Shown here piece after piece: positions 37,919-50,932 of a DNA stretch of 64,000 nt. The position numbers were made by a program, and so were the translations under genes. Numbering within the stretch: the stretch's first letter is position 1; each line of letters begins with the position of its first letter. The notes under the pieces were generated by a model. It was not told the origin of the DNA. It saw only the letters and a program-made list of their open reading frames with translations, and made no database searches. Source of the stretch: Octopus sinensis (taxonomy: Eukaryota); the NCBI RefSeq assembly GCF_006345805.1, contig NC_043017.1, positions 32,736,001-32,800,000 of the forward strand, written 5' to 3'.

Positions 37919-37967
37919 CCATCACCATCAACATCACCATCATCATCACCATCACCATCATCATCAC

Positions 37968-38011
<44 letters not shown>

Positions 38012-38106
38012 CCATCATCATCACCATCACCATCACCATCATCATCATCATCATCATCATCACCATCACCATCATCATCACCATCATCATTATCATCATC
38101 ATCATC

Positions 38107-38155
<49 letters not shown>

Positions 38156-38157
38156 CC

Positions 38158-38189
<32 letters not shown>

Positions 38190-38287
38190 CATCATCATCA
38201 CCATCACCGTCATCATCATCATCATCATCACCATCATCATCATCACCATCACCGTCATCATCATCATCATCATTAGCACCATCATCA

Positions 38288-38324
<37 letters not shown>

Positions 38325-38476
38325 CCATCATCATCACCACCAACATCACCACCAACACCATCATCATCACCATCATCATCATCATCACCACATGTCTCCG
38401 TTGTCATCAAAGTTGTCCTCAAATCAATATTATTACAGCTGCCTCCTTCATCATCATCATCATCATCATCATCACC
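37230..38476. repeat. ~1.2-kb (CAT)n/(CAC)n trinucleotide expansion
   Basis: Directly visible; source of the poly-His/Ile/Met/Asp ORFs. Confidence 0.97.
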
Positions 38477-38587
38477 ATAAATAGCAGCACCATCACCACC
38501 ACCACCTCCACCACCACTAACACCACCTCCACTACCAACACTAACCATCACCACACACAACAACCACCATCCTGCCACCTCTAACGC

Positions 38588-38684
38588 CAACCCCTCTCAC
38601 CAACCACAACCCCCTCCCACACCACAACCCCCTCCCACACCGCAACCCCCTCCCACACCGCAACCCCCTCCCACACCGCAACCA
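38588..38684. repeat. ~19-bp minisatellite CAACCCCCTCCCACACCG, about five copies
   Basis: Directly visible tandem unit. Confidence 0.9.
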
Positions 38685-39007
38685 CCACCACTACTGCCAT
38701 CTTTATCATTAGCAGTGACAGTATATCTGTTCTTCCTGAAGACATCCTCTGTCACCACAGTTAATGACTACTTTCTAAAACCCATTCAGCTACCACTACC
38801 TCCAACCACCCCCAACCACCACCACCACCACCACCACCACCACCGCCACCACCATTGTTATCTATGTCATCATTATCAGCAGAGTGGGTTCGGCTCAGCT
38901 GTTCTTTCTTCCTTCATCAGAATCAGACTCACTTGTTGAACAATGACAGCACAATAGCCATCACATACCCCAGTGCTTAGCAACGATCATCAAAGTCATT
39001 GCCAATA

Positions 39008-39419
39008 CCTATTTCTTTACTGCCCACAAGGGGCTAAACATAGAGGGGGACAAACAAGGACAGACGTAGGTATTAAGTCGATTACATCGACCCCAGTGCG
39101 TAACTGGTACTTAATTTATCGACCCCGAAAGGATGAAAGGCAAAGTCGACCTCGGCGGAATTTGAGCTCAGAACGTAACGACAGACGAAATACCTATTTC
39201 TTTACTGCCCACAAGGGGCTAAACACAGAGGGGACAAACAAGGACAGAAATAGGTATTAAGTCGATTACATCGACCCCAGTGCGTAACTGGTACTTAATT
39301 TATCGACCCCCAAAAGGATGAAAGGCAAAGTCAACCTCGGCGGAATTTGAACTCACAACGTAACGACAGATGAAATACGGCTACGCATTTCGCCCAGCGT
39401 GCTAACGATTCTGCCAGCT
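39008..39419 (-). mobile_element. Meta-type SINE dimer (family B)
   Basis: Two tandem core+tail units with one head; further decayed copies lie at 40130-40885. Confidence 0.9.
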
Positions 39420-39689
39420 ACCATCCATAACACCACCTATACTCCCTATCCCTGCAAACACCTCACTGCTGCTGCTACTGCTGTTGTTGTTGTTGTTAAG
39501 CAACAAGACAGGTAAGGGTGATTAGGTGATGGTCTAGGGCTTAAGGGCGGGAGACCCCAAATCTTGGAAGAAAAAAAACTTTGGTCGTCTTGAAGTCAAG
39601 GGCTCTTCGTTGACGCCTGACACCACTGGGAGGTGGCTCTCGAAGTCACTGGAAATGGAGATCTCCAGGTCCAAATTCTTAAATGGCTA

Positions 39690-40077
39690 TTGCTTCTGTT
39701 GCTGTTGCTGTTGAGCGAAGCAGTCTTTGTCCCAGAGCTTGCAGTGGGAGAAGTTCAAATTGTGGTCCTTTGCTATTTGTAAGACCCGCAGAAGAGAAAG
39801 CAGGTCAACCTCCGACACCGAGAGCATCGACGGATGGATGAATGCGCATCCAGGCTCAGCGGTTGCGTAGGAAGTCAGGGACAAGAAACAGGAAGAAAGA
39901 GTGAGAGAAAGTTGGGGCGAAAGAGTACAGCAGGGGTCTCCACCATCCCCTGCCAGAGACTCATGGAGCTTTAGGTGTTTTCGCTCAATAAACACACACA
40001 AGGCCCGGTCTGGGAATTGAAACCGTGATCCTCCGACCTCGAGTCCGTTGCCCTAATCATTGGGCCATTGCACCTCC
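39690..40077 (-). mobile_element. tRNA-derived SINE (family C variant)
   Basis: ...GGGCCATTGCACCTCC is the reverse complement of the family C head; TTTAGGTGTTTTCGCTCAATAAAC is shared. Confidence 0.8.
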
Positions 40078-41240
40078 ACTTGCTGCTGCTGCTCCCAGCA
40101 CCAGCACCACCAACAGCCATATTAATAAGTCTTTGCTCTATAGGCACACACCCTGAAATTTTGATAGGTAGGGTGTGAGTCAATTACATCGAACCCCAGG
40201 GCTCAATTGATACTGATTTCCTCAGCCCTGAAAGAATTTGGTAGAATTTGAACTTAAAATGTCAAGACAACCAAAATGCTGCTAAGCATATTCTTTGGCA
40301 TGCTGGTGAGTCTGCCTTCTCACCACCTTAATAACAACAACAACAATAATAATAATAATCCTTTCTACTATGAGCACAAGGCCTGAAATTCTAGCAGGTG
40401 GGGGCGAGTTGATTACAATGACCCCAGTGACTAATTGGTACTAATTTTACTGTCCCTGTAAGGATGAAAGGCAAAGTCAACCTCAGTGGAATTTGAACTC
40501 AGAACACGAAGATTGATGAAATACTGCTAAACATTACGCCTGGCGTGCAAATGATTCTGCCACCTCACGACCTTAATAATAATAATTATAATAATAATAA
40601 TAATAATATTTTAAAAAAGGATTGACGTAGCTCACACTCTTCGTCTTGACTAATAATAATAATAATAATCTTTTCTACCCTAGGCACAAGGCCCAAAATT
40701 TTGAGGGTAGGGGCCAGTTGATTAGACCGCCCTCCAGTATGCAAATGGTACTTGATTTATCGACCCTGAAAGGGTGAAAGGCAAAGTTGACCTTGGCAGA
40801 ATTTGAACTCAGAATGTTAAGACAGACAAAATACTGCTAGGCATTTCACCTGGCATGCAAACGATTCTGCCAGCTCACCACCTTAATAATAACAACAATA
40901 ATAATAATGATGATGATGATAATAATAATAAATACCTTGATGAAGTACCAGGCAGTGACTCTCATGTCTTCTGATCTTAACTGATTGGAAGTGTTATCAT
41001 GTACATTGTTTTATCTTGGTGTAAAAGATGGGCTACAGCAAGTACCCTGCCCAATACCACTGATTTGCTTGTGATTTGCTTTACGTTAACCAGTTGTATA
41101 AGTCCCTTAATAATTGATAATAAGTGCATCTCTGATCATGAGTAGGATTACTGGGGGAGCATAATGGCCGTGTGTTAAGAGGAATTTTGAGAGATTTGAA
41201 TAATCCTCCTCTGGAAACATGGGTGTTTTGTTCAACATCC

Positions 41241-41469
41241 TTAACACTTTTGTTATGGTATTTATTTTGAGATGCTCTGTGTTTCTTTCAATTACTTTAG
41301 AAATAATAAAGAATTTAGTAAAATAACTTAGTTATCATTCAGCTAGTGTTAGGAACATAAATTGTGACTAAGGTTTGGTGGAAGATTTTAATTCAAAACT
41401 TATGAAAACAAGACATTTGTACTACAGAGCCAGAGGTGGTTTCAGCTGGGCTGGTAACGAAAGGGTTAA
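41241..41469 (-). mobile_element. piggyBac-type MITE
   Basis: TTAA-CACTTT...AAAGGG-TTAA; reverse complement of the 59539-60775 copies; TTAA is duplicated at the insertion site. Confidence 0.85.
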
Positions 41470-41669
41470 ACAACCCTTATTCAGGGACCTTTTGAGTGGG
41501 ATGGTTACTCGACCAGAAGAAAATTCTAACTGGGCCCCACATGAAAGGTCATACACTGTTTACCTTGATATAAGGTCATCATGCTGCACACATGTTTCTG
41601 ATGAATGTGCATGGTGTAACCCTATCAGATGGCTAGTAATTATGTGTCTATTGGGCTTTGTATATAATC

Positions 41670-41890
41670 TCAAAAATGCAGATCTGGAAATTGGAACTGT
41701 CCAGATGTGGCAGATGCAAACATCAATCATAAAGGCTGTTCCTGTTGTCATCGGAGCATTGGATTCAGTACCACCCAACCTGAAGTAACGTCTGGCCATT
41801 TCAGAAATACCTTGCAATCTTGATGTATGGCGAAAACCAGCTTTTCTTAGAACTGCATGCACACTGCATAAAGTAGTGTCTGTTTGAGGT
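41670..41890 (+). mobile_element. R4/Dong-like (RLE) non-LTR retrotransposon C-terminal relic
   Basis: DLEIGTVQMWQMQTSIIKAVPVVIGALDSVPPNLK*...RKPAFLRTACTLHKVVSV matches the DL..EI.RMW...IPVVIGALG...QK.ALLGTA.ILRKVL motif. Confidence 0.72.
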
Positions 41891-42098
41891 CTCAGTTGTG
41901 ACTTGACAGAGAGTAGAAACCCCTGGAAGGCATAATATCATCAACATCACAAATTTGGATACTGGACGCCGTCTGCGATAATGAGAATGAGGATGGTGCT
42001 GACAATGATGGTGATGATGGTGATGATGATAATGATGATAACGATGATGATGGTGGTGATGGTGGTGGTGATGATTGTGATGATAGTGATGATGACAA

Positions 42099-42328
42099 GG
42101 CGGCGAGCTGGCAGAACCGTTAGCACGCCGGGCGAAATGCGTAGCCGTATTTCGTCTGCTGTTACGTTCTGAGTTCAAATTCCACCAAAGTCGACTTTGC
42201 CTTTCATCCTTTTGGGGTCAATAAATTAAGTACCAGTTACGCACTGGGGTCGATGTAATCGACTTAATCCGTTTGTCTGTCCTTGTTTGTCCCCTCTGTG
42301 TTTAGCCCCTTGTGGGCAATAAAGAAAC
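42099..42328 (+). mobile_element. Meta-type SINE (family B), full length
   Basis: GGCGGCGAGCTGGCAGAACCGTTAGC...GGGCAATAAAGAAA, inserted in a (GAT)n tract. Confidence 0.92.
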
Positions 42329-42534
42329 AGATAGTGATGATGACAATGATGTTGGTGATGATGATAGTGATGGTGATGATGGTGGTAATTCTACTACTGT
42401 TGATGATGATGATGATGCTGATGATGATTTTTACCTATATATTAGCAAATACTATTATGGCTACTGCTATAACTAACACAACTCATAACATCATATTAAT
42501 ATCACCATAACAGTTAATCGACCATTACCACCAT

Positions 42535-42575
<41 letters not shown>

Positions 42576-42706
42576 TCACAAGCATACCCCAGAGCCTCAT
42601 TAAGAACAACATCAACGCAACAATATCTACTACAACCACAGCCAAGACCAGAAATACCACTAAATACACCACCAGAACAAAATCTGCGATCATCACAGTA
42701 CCTTAT

Positions 42707-42760
<54 letters not shown>

Positions 42761-42940
42761 ACGCACATGTGCACGCACACACACACACACACAGACACAC
42801 ATGCATGCACACACACACACACACACGCACGCACATGCACACCACACACACACACGCATGCGCACACACACACACATACACAAACACACACACACACACA
42901 CACAAACACACACATGCATGGACACACACACACACGCACA
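42707..42940. repeat. (CA)n microsatellite
   Basis: Directly visible. Confidence 0.97.
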
Positions 42941-43639
42941 GCAACTGTGTCAACCCTTGTAGAAACCCCCAGCCTCCTTTACAGTAACTTCCTGACAATT
43001 ACTGGCCATTGATTTGACTTTAATATGTTGTACATATCTCTAATTAGATCAGCATCCAATTAGACAGTTTTATGAGCCCGGAACACAATGTAGACATGAA
43101 TTAGAGTGAACTCCGTATGATCTCCAGCCAGGTAAGCAAGGTGTTGCATGCTACGGCGCTTCTTGTGATTTCACAAACTGGTATCAGCACAGCGGTTAAT
43201 GAGGGGAGAGAAGGAGAGAGAGAGAGAGAAAGGTGTAGAGGGAGAGACAGACAGGTATACAGGCAGGAAGACAGACAGGGAGACGGACAGACAGATTCTG
43301 AGCAGAGCTAATCAGAAATGCTGTGAGAGAGTACGGAACTATGGTGCAAATGCAGACATTTTTGTTAAAGTAAAAGAGAAGTTGTAACAAGAAAAGTAGA
43401 ACGCAAGTATGTGCATTTTTGTGCATGACATTGTGCATGCGCATTTGTGTGAGTATAAACACAGAATACACATACACACATGCACTCACACACATATACA
43501 TGCATAATCATATATAATTATATACATTCAAATTATTAGATACATTCAATACATACATATATGCATACATATGTAAATGTATGCACACGGAGGCGCTGAA
43601 AAGTTGCTGGCTTTAAGGATATTGTGGATATAATCATTT

Positions 43640-44075
43640 ATAATCATAGATCTTCTCTACTTGTGAAGACCTGTTGAGGCAAGTGAGAATTAGAATCAGA
43701 ATCAAAATCGAAATCGATCAACATCAATGGAAATTGTAGCTGTGATACCAGTGCCGGTGGCACGTAAGCGAACCATCTGAACGTGGCCGTTGCCAGAGCT
43801 GCCCTCACGGGCCTCCATGCCGGTGGCATATAAAAAGCACCATCCGACCATGGCCGTTTGCCAGCCTCGTCTGGCACCTGTGTCGGTGGCATGTAAAAAG
43901 CATCCACTACACTCACGGAGTGGTTGGCGTTAGGACGGGCATTCAGCCGTAGAAACACTGCCAGATCAGACTGGGCCTGGTGCAGCCTTCTGGCTTCCCA
44001 GACCCCAGTTGAACCATCCAACCTATGCTAGCATGGAAAGTGGATGCTAAATGATGATGATGATGATGATGATGA
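43640..44075 (+). mobile_element. Family D (GAT)n-tailed element with extended 5' part
   Basis: Internal ~60-bp subunits, GTTGGCGTTAGGA.GGGCAT motif, and tail ...AAATGATGATG. Confidence 0.82.
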
Positions 44076-44559
44076 TCTCTCAGGAACCCTAGAAAAGAGA
44101 ATAGCACAGGTCGATCTAAAAAATTCGACACCTCAAAAGAAACAATATTGATTTCTCAATTTCTTGGAAAATCCTATCTTCTGCCTCTTCTTACAGATAT
44201 AATAACAAAAATTGTGGGTTTTGTTTAGAAGAAAGCTATAGCATAATGAGAATGAATGGAAATCTGATTAATACTATTTCATGTAAACACATGACTAAAT
44301 TCCTATTTATCATTCTTAAATAATTCTTCACTCCCCACTCACTTAGATTAGTATTTGGTGTTTTTTTAAAAATATTTCTATATTTTATCTTTTTCTATGG
44401 AATACAAATTACTCATCACATGCACTTTACATCACGATATCTTACACTATCTTCATATTTTTTATTTATCATTTCCTTCTAATAATTGCATGACCCACCA
44501 TATATTGGGCTAACACTTTATCAACCTCTCCCTACACCTTCTTTTCTCTCAATATGTTT

Positions 44560-44775
44560 ACTCTTTTACTCTTTTACTTGTTTCAGTCATTTGACTGAGC
44601 CCATGCTGGAGCATCGTCGTTGGTCGAGCAAATCGACCCTGGGACTTATTCTTTGTAAGCCCAGTACTTATTCTATCAGTCTCTTTTGCCAAACTGCTAA
44701 GTTACGGGGACATAAACACACCAGCATCGGTTGTCAAGCAATGCTAGGGGGACAAACACAGACACACAAACATAT

Positions 44776-44814
<39 letters not shown>

Positions 44815-44978
44815 CGACGGGCTTCTTTCAGTTTCCGCCTACCAAATCCACTCACAAGGCTTTGGTCGGCCCGAGGCTATAGTAGAGGACACTTGCCCAA
44901 GGTACCACGCAGTGGGACTGAACCCGGAACCATGTGGTTGGTAAGCAAGCTACTTACCACACAGCCACTCCTACGCCT
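44560..44978 (-). mobile_element. CORE-type SINE (family A)
   Basis: Full-length match. Confidence 0.92.
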
Positions 44979-45389
44979 AGAGATATGGATCTTATATATC
45001 ATCTGTGTGTGCATATCTCTTATTTTGTGTCTATTTACTGTGGTGCCACTAACATGTATTTTTAATATGAATGTGTGTGTCTGCATATATTACATATTGT
45101 TTTGCATACACATGCACATATATACACATATACACATGCACATATATACTACTATTTTCTATATGTGTGTGTATTTATATCTATATATGTGTGTGCCTTT
45201 TCTCTCCTTGCACCGGTATGAGTATATATACATTTGTACGCTGTTCCTTCTTTTATGTATACCCTAATAAAAAAACAATTAGAATTCCTATATGTATACT
45301 AATGTGCAGATATACCTCTACTCGTGTATCAGTAAATATACTAACAGTTTTTCTTATAAGATTATTTCTTTCTCTGACATTACGTATAC

Positions 45390-45610
45390 TCTTTACTCTC
45401 TTTTACTTGTTTCAGTCAATTGACTGCGGCCATGCTGGAGCACCACCTTTAGTCGAGCAAATCAACCCCGGGACTTATTCTTTGTAAGCCCAGTACTTAT
45501 TCTATCAGTCTCTTTTGCCGAACCGCTAAGTGATGTAGACATAAACACACCAACATCAGTTGTCAAGCAATGCTAGAGGGACAAACACAGACACACAAAC
45601 ATATACACAC

Positions 45611-45658
<48 letters not shown>

Positions 45659-45821
45659 GACAGGCTTCTTTCAGTTTCTGTCTTCCAAATCCACTCACAA
45701 GGCTTTGGTCGGCCCGAGGCTATAGTGGAAGACACTTGCCCAAGGTGCCACGCAGTGGGACTGAACCTGGAACTATGTAGTTGGTAAACAATCTACTTAC
45801 CACACAGCCACTCCTGCACCT
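45390..45821 (-). mobile_element. CORE-type SINE (family A)
   Basis: Full-length match. Confidence 0.92.
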
Positions 45822-47220
45822 ATAAAAATTTTTTTGTATTCTTATATGCACCCCCACACTCATACCTTTTCTTATATTCATAATACACAAAACTTTTCTA
45901 TTACTTGAATATTAATACCACTCTAATACCATTATATATCCCTCTCACATTATTCCAAGCTAGTTCCTAACCTCATAATTTTTACTTATACTATAACACA
46001 GTTACTGCATAACTTTACATATCAATACATATAAATTAAACCCTCTATTTACTAATTTTCATTCCCAGTTCATTTATCTCCCTATTTTGTTATTTTTCCG
46101 TATTCCTACATCCTTTTTCTTTTTCAACTTCATTCTTTTTTCATCTTTTTAGTCACAGTAAGTATTTACTTTCTAAATTGTAATATTAATAACAATTTTT
46201 TTCTGTTTTTACTTATTTTTCTACCTTATATTTAATACATACTAACGAATATTATAGCTCGCTCTAAGATTTATTAACGAATATTAGTTCTTGTGCAAGC
46301 CTAAGTCCATCTTACACATCTTATTCCCTCTTAAACCCTCTTTTACCTCTCTAACACTTGTTTCTGTTAACAATCCAGCAGTTCTTTATACACTATCTTC
46401 TCTAGATTAATTTCATTGTCATGTATTAGAATTTTTTTAAAAAAATATACACCACACATTTGTTTCTAACTGTCAGATCATATCTTAATTCAAATACAGC
46501 CATACCTTTCCATTGGACATTTCTATACAATCTTTGCTCTTTGCAACTTATTTGGAATTAAATTTCTAATCTCCTTACTCATCTATAGAGGTAACGTCTT
46601 TGAAACCTCTTTTACCTATATTTTCAAATAACCATTATAGTTTTTAGTTATAGTTAATACCTAACCGGACTCACATCTCTTTTTCTCATAAGGATAAATA
46701 AGAATGTTGAAGTGAATTGAACGGCTTTTGTGTGTTTCTTAAATGGTTTACAAACACCTTCCACGCTGCAATTGTTTTCGTTTCAGCACACGATTTCAGA
46801 TCAAATCACTTGCTATGCAAGTACATCTCCAATAAATATGAATCTCCTAGATTCCGTTCTGCTATTTCCTTTCTCAAGTCCTTTGTAAAAATTTTATTTA
46901 TACTTCTTGCACTGAAGAGTAATTAATTTAATTAATTCAATTCAACCATGAATTTGTATGATTTTTATATCTCTGTACGAAATGATGGTCTGCATGAATT
47001 AAAATTCTCTTATTTATTTTTACATCATCTCTTCTCCAGTTTTAACAGGATTGTTGAGTTTTATAGGATTTCTTTCCATAAATTCACAGCACATCATATA
47101 CAAGTACTACTTTCATATCTTCACAAATTTACGCCTGTAAACTACCAGCAAAATATGAAGAATCAACATTAGAAATCTCGTTTGGAAACCTCCAAATTAA
47201 AGGACAAATCTAATTAAACC

Positions 47221-47263
<43 letters not shown>

Positions 47264-47905
47264 ATATTTGTGCAAACAGGAAAAATAGGACTCAAAATAT
47301 GTATGTTTTTATTAATATTTAGGAGAAGTAACTGTGTGACTCATGGTCCAGAGTTTTGTGTGTTGTTTGATAAGTGCCAAAGCAAGAGACTCTCAGACCT
47401 TGAGTCACTCTGTTACTTCTACTAAGTTACAGGGATATAAATACACAACCAGACAAATACATACATACATACATTCACACACACACCCACCAAACACACA
47501 CATATATATACGGTGGGCTTCTTTCAGTTTCCATCTACTAAATCCACTCACAAGGCTTTGGTCAGCCCAAGGCTATAGTAGAAGACACCTGCCCAAGGTG
47601 CCATGCAGTGGGACTGAACCTGGATCCATGTGATTGGAAAGTAAGCTTCTTACACACAGTCACTCCATGATATACTACTATCATGTTCTTAAGAATGAAA
47701 TCAACCTCTGTGTCTATATATCTACCCTCTTTATAATGTTGCCAAATGAATTAGGGATAAGAATGTGCATTGTCGGTTTGACTGGAAAAGTGACGGAAGA
47801 TTGCTTGACATTTTTACAACTGATGTAATACTTACAGTGTTTAATAAAATGAAGTAGCACGAAAACTTGTACTACATACCTTAGATATACTTGTTGCTTA
47901 TTTTG

Positions 47906-47967
<62 letters not shown>

Positions 47968-48135
47968 AGTCTGGTAACCACTATAACCTGTAGTGGGAAA
48001 AGTCAACACGTTGTACTGAGGCTGACCAAAGAATTTTATTTTTAGATATATCTGGGGTATTTAATGTACTCATGTTTTTTGCTTTGGCTTTTTCCATGGG
48101 CACATGTAAGTATCTTATTTATATCCTTTCGTAAG

Positions 48136-48193
48136 TTTTACTGAGGAGGAATAAGTCTTTATGAATTAATTCCGACATTGATTCAATATAGAA
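48136..48193 (+). ncRNA. Hammerhead motif, copy 1 (core GAAA reads GACA)
   Basis: TTTTA CTGAGGA GGAAT...ATTCC GACA TTGA T TCAA TA TAGAA. Confidence 0.55.
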
Positions 48194-48343
48194 ATAAGAA
48201 ATTTTTAAAACATTCTTTTGCCCGACTTCAGTTCCTCGGTTTTTTCTGTAGCGATAAATTGACGATTTAATAGTCTGTTATCAGCAGATTGGCATTGAAA
48301 TAATTTTTTTTAGCGCTTACTTATAAGTTTTGTATATCTATAT

Positions 48344-48386
<43 letters not shown>

Positions 48387-48576
48387 ATATATATATAGTA
48401 TAATATAAGTCTGGTAACCACTATAACCTGTAGTGGGGACAGTCAACACGTTGTACTGAGGCTGACCAAAGAATTTTATTTTTAGATATATCTGGGGTAT
48501 TTAAATGTACTCATGTTTTTTGCTTTGGCTTTTTCCATGGGCACATGTAAGTATCTTATTTATATCCTTTCGTAAG

Positions 48577-48636
48577 TTTTACTGAGGAGGAATAAGTCTT
48601 TTATGAGATTAATTCCGAAATTGATTCAATATAGAA
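48577..48636 (+). ncRNA. Type I hammerhead ribozyme motif, copy 2 (intact core)
   Basis: TTTTA CTGAGGA(48582-48588) GGAAT A AGTCTT TTAT GAGATT A ATTCC GAAA(48617-48620) TTGA T TCAA TA TAGAA. Stem II has a canonical G-C closing pair, stem III is quasi-palindromic, and the triplet is AUA. Confidence 0.8.
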
Positions 48637-48773
48637 ATAAGAAATTTTTAAAACATTCTTTTGGCCCGACTTCAGTTCCTCGGTTTTTTCTGTAGCGAGT
48701 AAATTGACGATTTAATAGTCTGTTATCAGCAGATTGGCATTGAAATAATTTTTTTTAGCGCTTACTTATAAGT

Positions 48774-48811
<38 letters not shown>

Positions 48812-49295
48812 GTAAATATATATATATACATATATACACACCCACACATATGTATATGCAAATATAAGTATCATATGTTAATGTATTAATGTATGTGTCC
48901 ATAGTTTTCCATGTTTTATTGTTGTCCTCCATGTTTTGATTGTTTTCTACTGTTAACGAGATCTCATTGCTGGACCTCAAAAACACTTTCTAAAATATCT
49001 GCCCAGCATACTGCAAATGTCTGAAGAGAATATACCACTTGGGAGATAGTGAGTGTTCACCAACCAATCCTTGACAATTTAATTAATCACCTGTTGGGCA
49101 GGCATGACAAATGACTTATTGATCAAGTACAAGAAAAGTGAAAAACTCAGATCTAGAGTTTACCCCTGAGACATAAAACGATGCACTGATATGCCTTGAA
49201 AATACTTTATATTCCCTTGCTAGCAAAAATCTAGAGAATGCAAACTGCCAGGTCAAATATAAACAACAGCTGCAGCACTTAGTTGAGAGATATTC

Positions 49296-49527
49296 AATTC
49301 TTTATTGCCCACAAGGGGCTAAACATACAGGGGACAAACAAGGACAGACAAGGGGACTAAATCGATTACATCGACCCCAGTACGTAACTGATACTTATTT
49401 AATCAACCCCAAAAGGATGAAAGGCAAAGCCGACCTCGGTGGAATTTGAACTCAGAACGTAGCAGCAGACAAAATACTGCTAAGCATTGTGCCCTGCGTG
49501 CTAACGTTTCTGCCAGCTCACCGCCTT
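49296..49527 (-). mobile_element. Meta-type SINE (family B) with TSD
   Basis: Reverse-complement match; GTTGAGAGATATT occurs on both sides (~49282, ~49528). Confidence 0.88.
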
Positions 49528-50751
49528 TGTTGAGAGATATTTTAGGCAACAGCCTATGACATTCAACTAGGCAAGCGTCCTTGATATTTAACAGTATGTC
49601 CACCAAAATGAGTTACACCTGGCTCTAAAAAATGATACAATTAGTGATATTTGATTCAACCTGGATAATTTTTATCTTCTTCAGCCATCCATCTCCTCTA
49701 GAGCAAGACACCTGTGCTTCTCCCTCAATCATATCTTATTTAGCCTTTCAACACCTGGCATGTAGCCTCCAATCTCCACCTTTCCCTCCTGAGTACTTCC
49801 TCTTAGAAATGGGAGCTTTTCCCCTTCCCTTTTTTCCTGTTCTCTTCTGTCTTCCAAGTGACATGGCAACTTCATTAGTGCTGGTGTCTTGAAAAAGAAG
49901 GACTTAGACGACTCTGTAAAGTGGTTAGGGTTTAGGAAGGACATCCAACCATAGAAACCATGTCGAAGATGAACATTGGAGCTCAACAAACAGCCCTGCA
50001 GCAAACTGTACAACCCATGCCAGCACGGAAAGCAAATGTTAAGTGATGAGGATGAGGATGATGAGGAGGAGGAGGATGATGTCAAGCATTTTTGAAAAAG
50101 TAAATATATGAATATATATATATACATAAACATACACACAGACATGCACACACATACACACACACACACTCACACATGCACATACACTCACATACACTCA
50201 CACACACATACACACACACACATGCACACACTCACACACGCACACACTCACACACACATACACATACACTCACACACACACACACATACACACTCATTCA
50301 CGCACACACACACATACACACACGCAAACACTCACACACACGCGCACACACACACACACACACACACTTGCTCACACATGCAGATGCTTGATTTACCTAT
50401 TCAGTCTGAACTAGTCGCCTGTTACCCTGGCATTACGTCAATGTATCGCTCATCTCATTATGACGACTCTTAGACTGGTATAAATAATTGGTTAGACTTC
50501 AAGGAACTTACTCTTGCAACAGACCTGTTTACATAGAAGTCATGCCTCGGGCTAGGAAAATGCGAGAGTGAAACACTGGGTGTTACAACTTAATCCACTA
50601 TTCATTCCGTTCATGCCTGAGGAACTAGCAGCATGTCCAGGAAACTCCACAGTAACAGCTCATTGGATCAATGGAAATATGCTAATATATTTTTCTATGG
50701 CAATGAGTACTTTATCTTTCATTCATTTTAAGTAACACACACACACACACA

Positions 50752-50792
<41 letters not shown>

Positions 50793-50803
50793 ACACACAC
50801 ACA

Positions 50804-50865
<62 letters not shown>

Positions 50866-50932
50866 TATATATTTGTTATACAGATAGACATTTTACTCTA
50901 GAGCTGCTTCTATGGAAAGAGAATGGAATATA

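Larger units (their letters stand above)
47967..48775 (+). repeat. Head-to-tail dimer of a ~365-bp HHR-bearing unit (period ~441 bp including a (TA)n spacer)
   Basis: AAGTCTGGTAACCACTATAACC...TAGCGCTTACTTATAAGTT occurs at 47967-48329 and 48407-48774; (TA)n lies before, between and after. Confidence 0.93.

Noticed and set aside
37049-38590. Long poly-His/Ile/Met/Asp ORFs (up to 362 aa)
   Set aside because: Stop-free by virtue of the (CAT/CAC)n repeat; no splice or domain evidence.
44486-45787. Recurrent peptides such as RLWSARGYSRRHLPKVP and FQSFDCGHAGAPP as a gene family
   Set aside because: Translations of the non-coding family A SINE.
49021-49058. Hammerhead at CTGAAGA GAATAT...GTGTTC
   Set aside because: A stem II-like hairpin is present, but GAAA, stem III and stem I are absent; at best a truncated relic.
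50614-50660. Hammerhead at CTGAGGA...GAAA CTCCACAG TA
   Set aside because: Stem I starts with a mismatch and stem II has only ~2 bp; compatible with chance.
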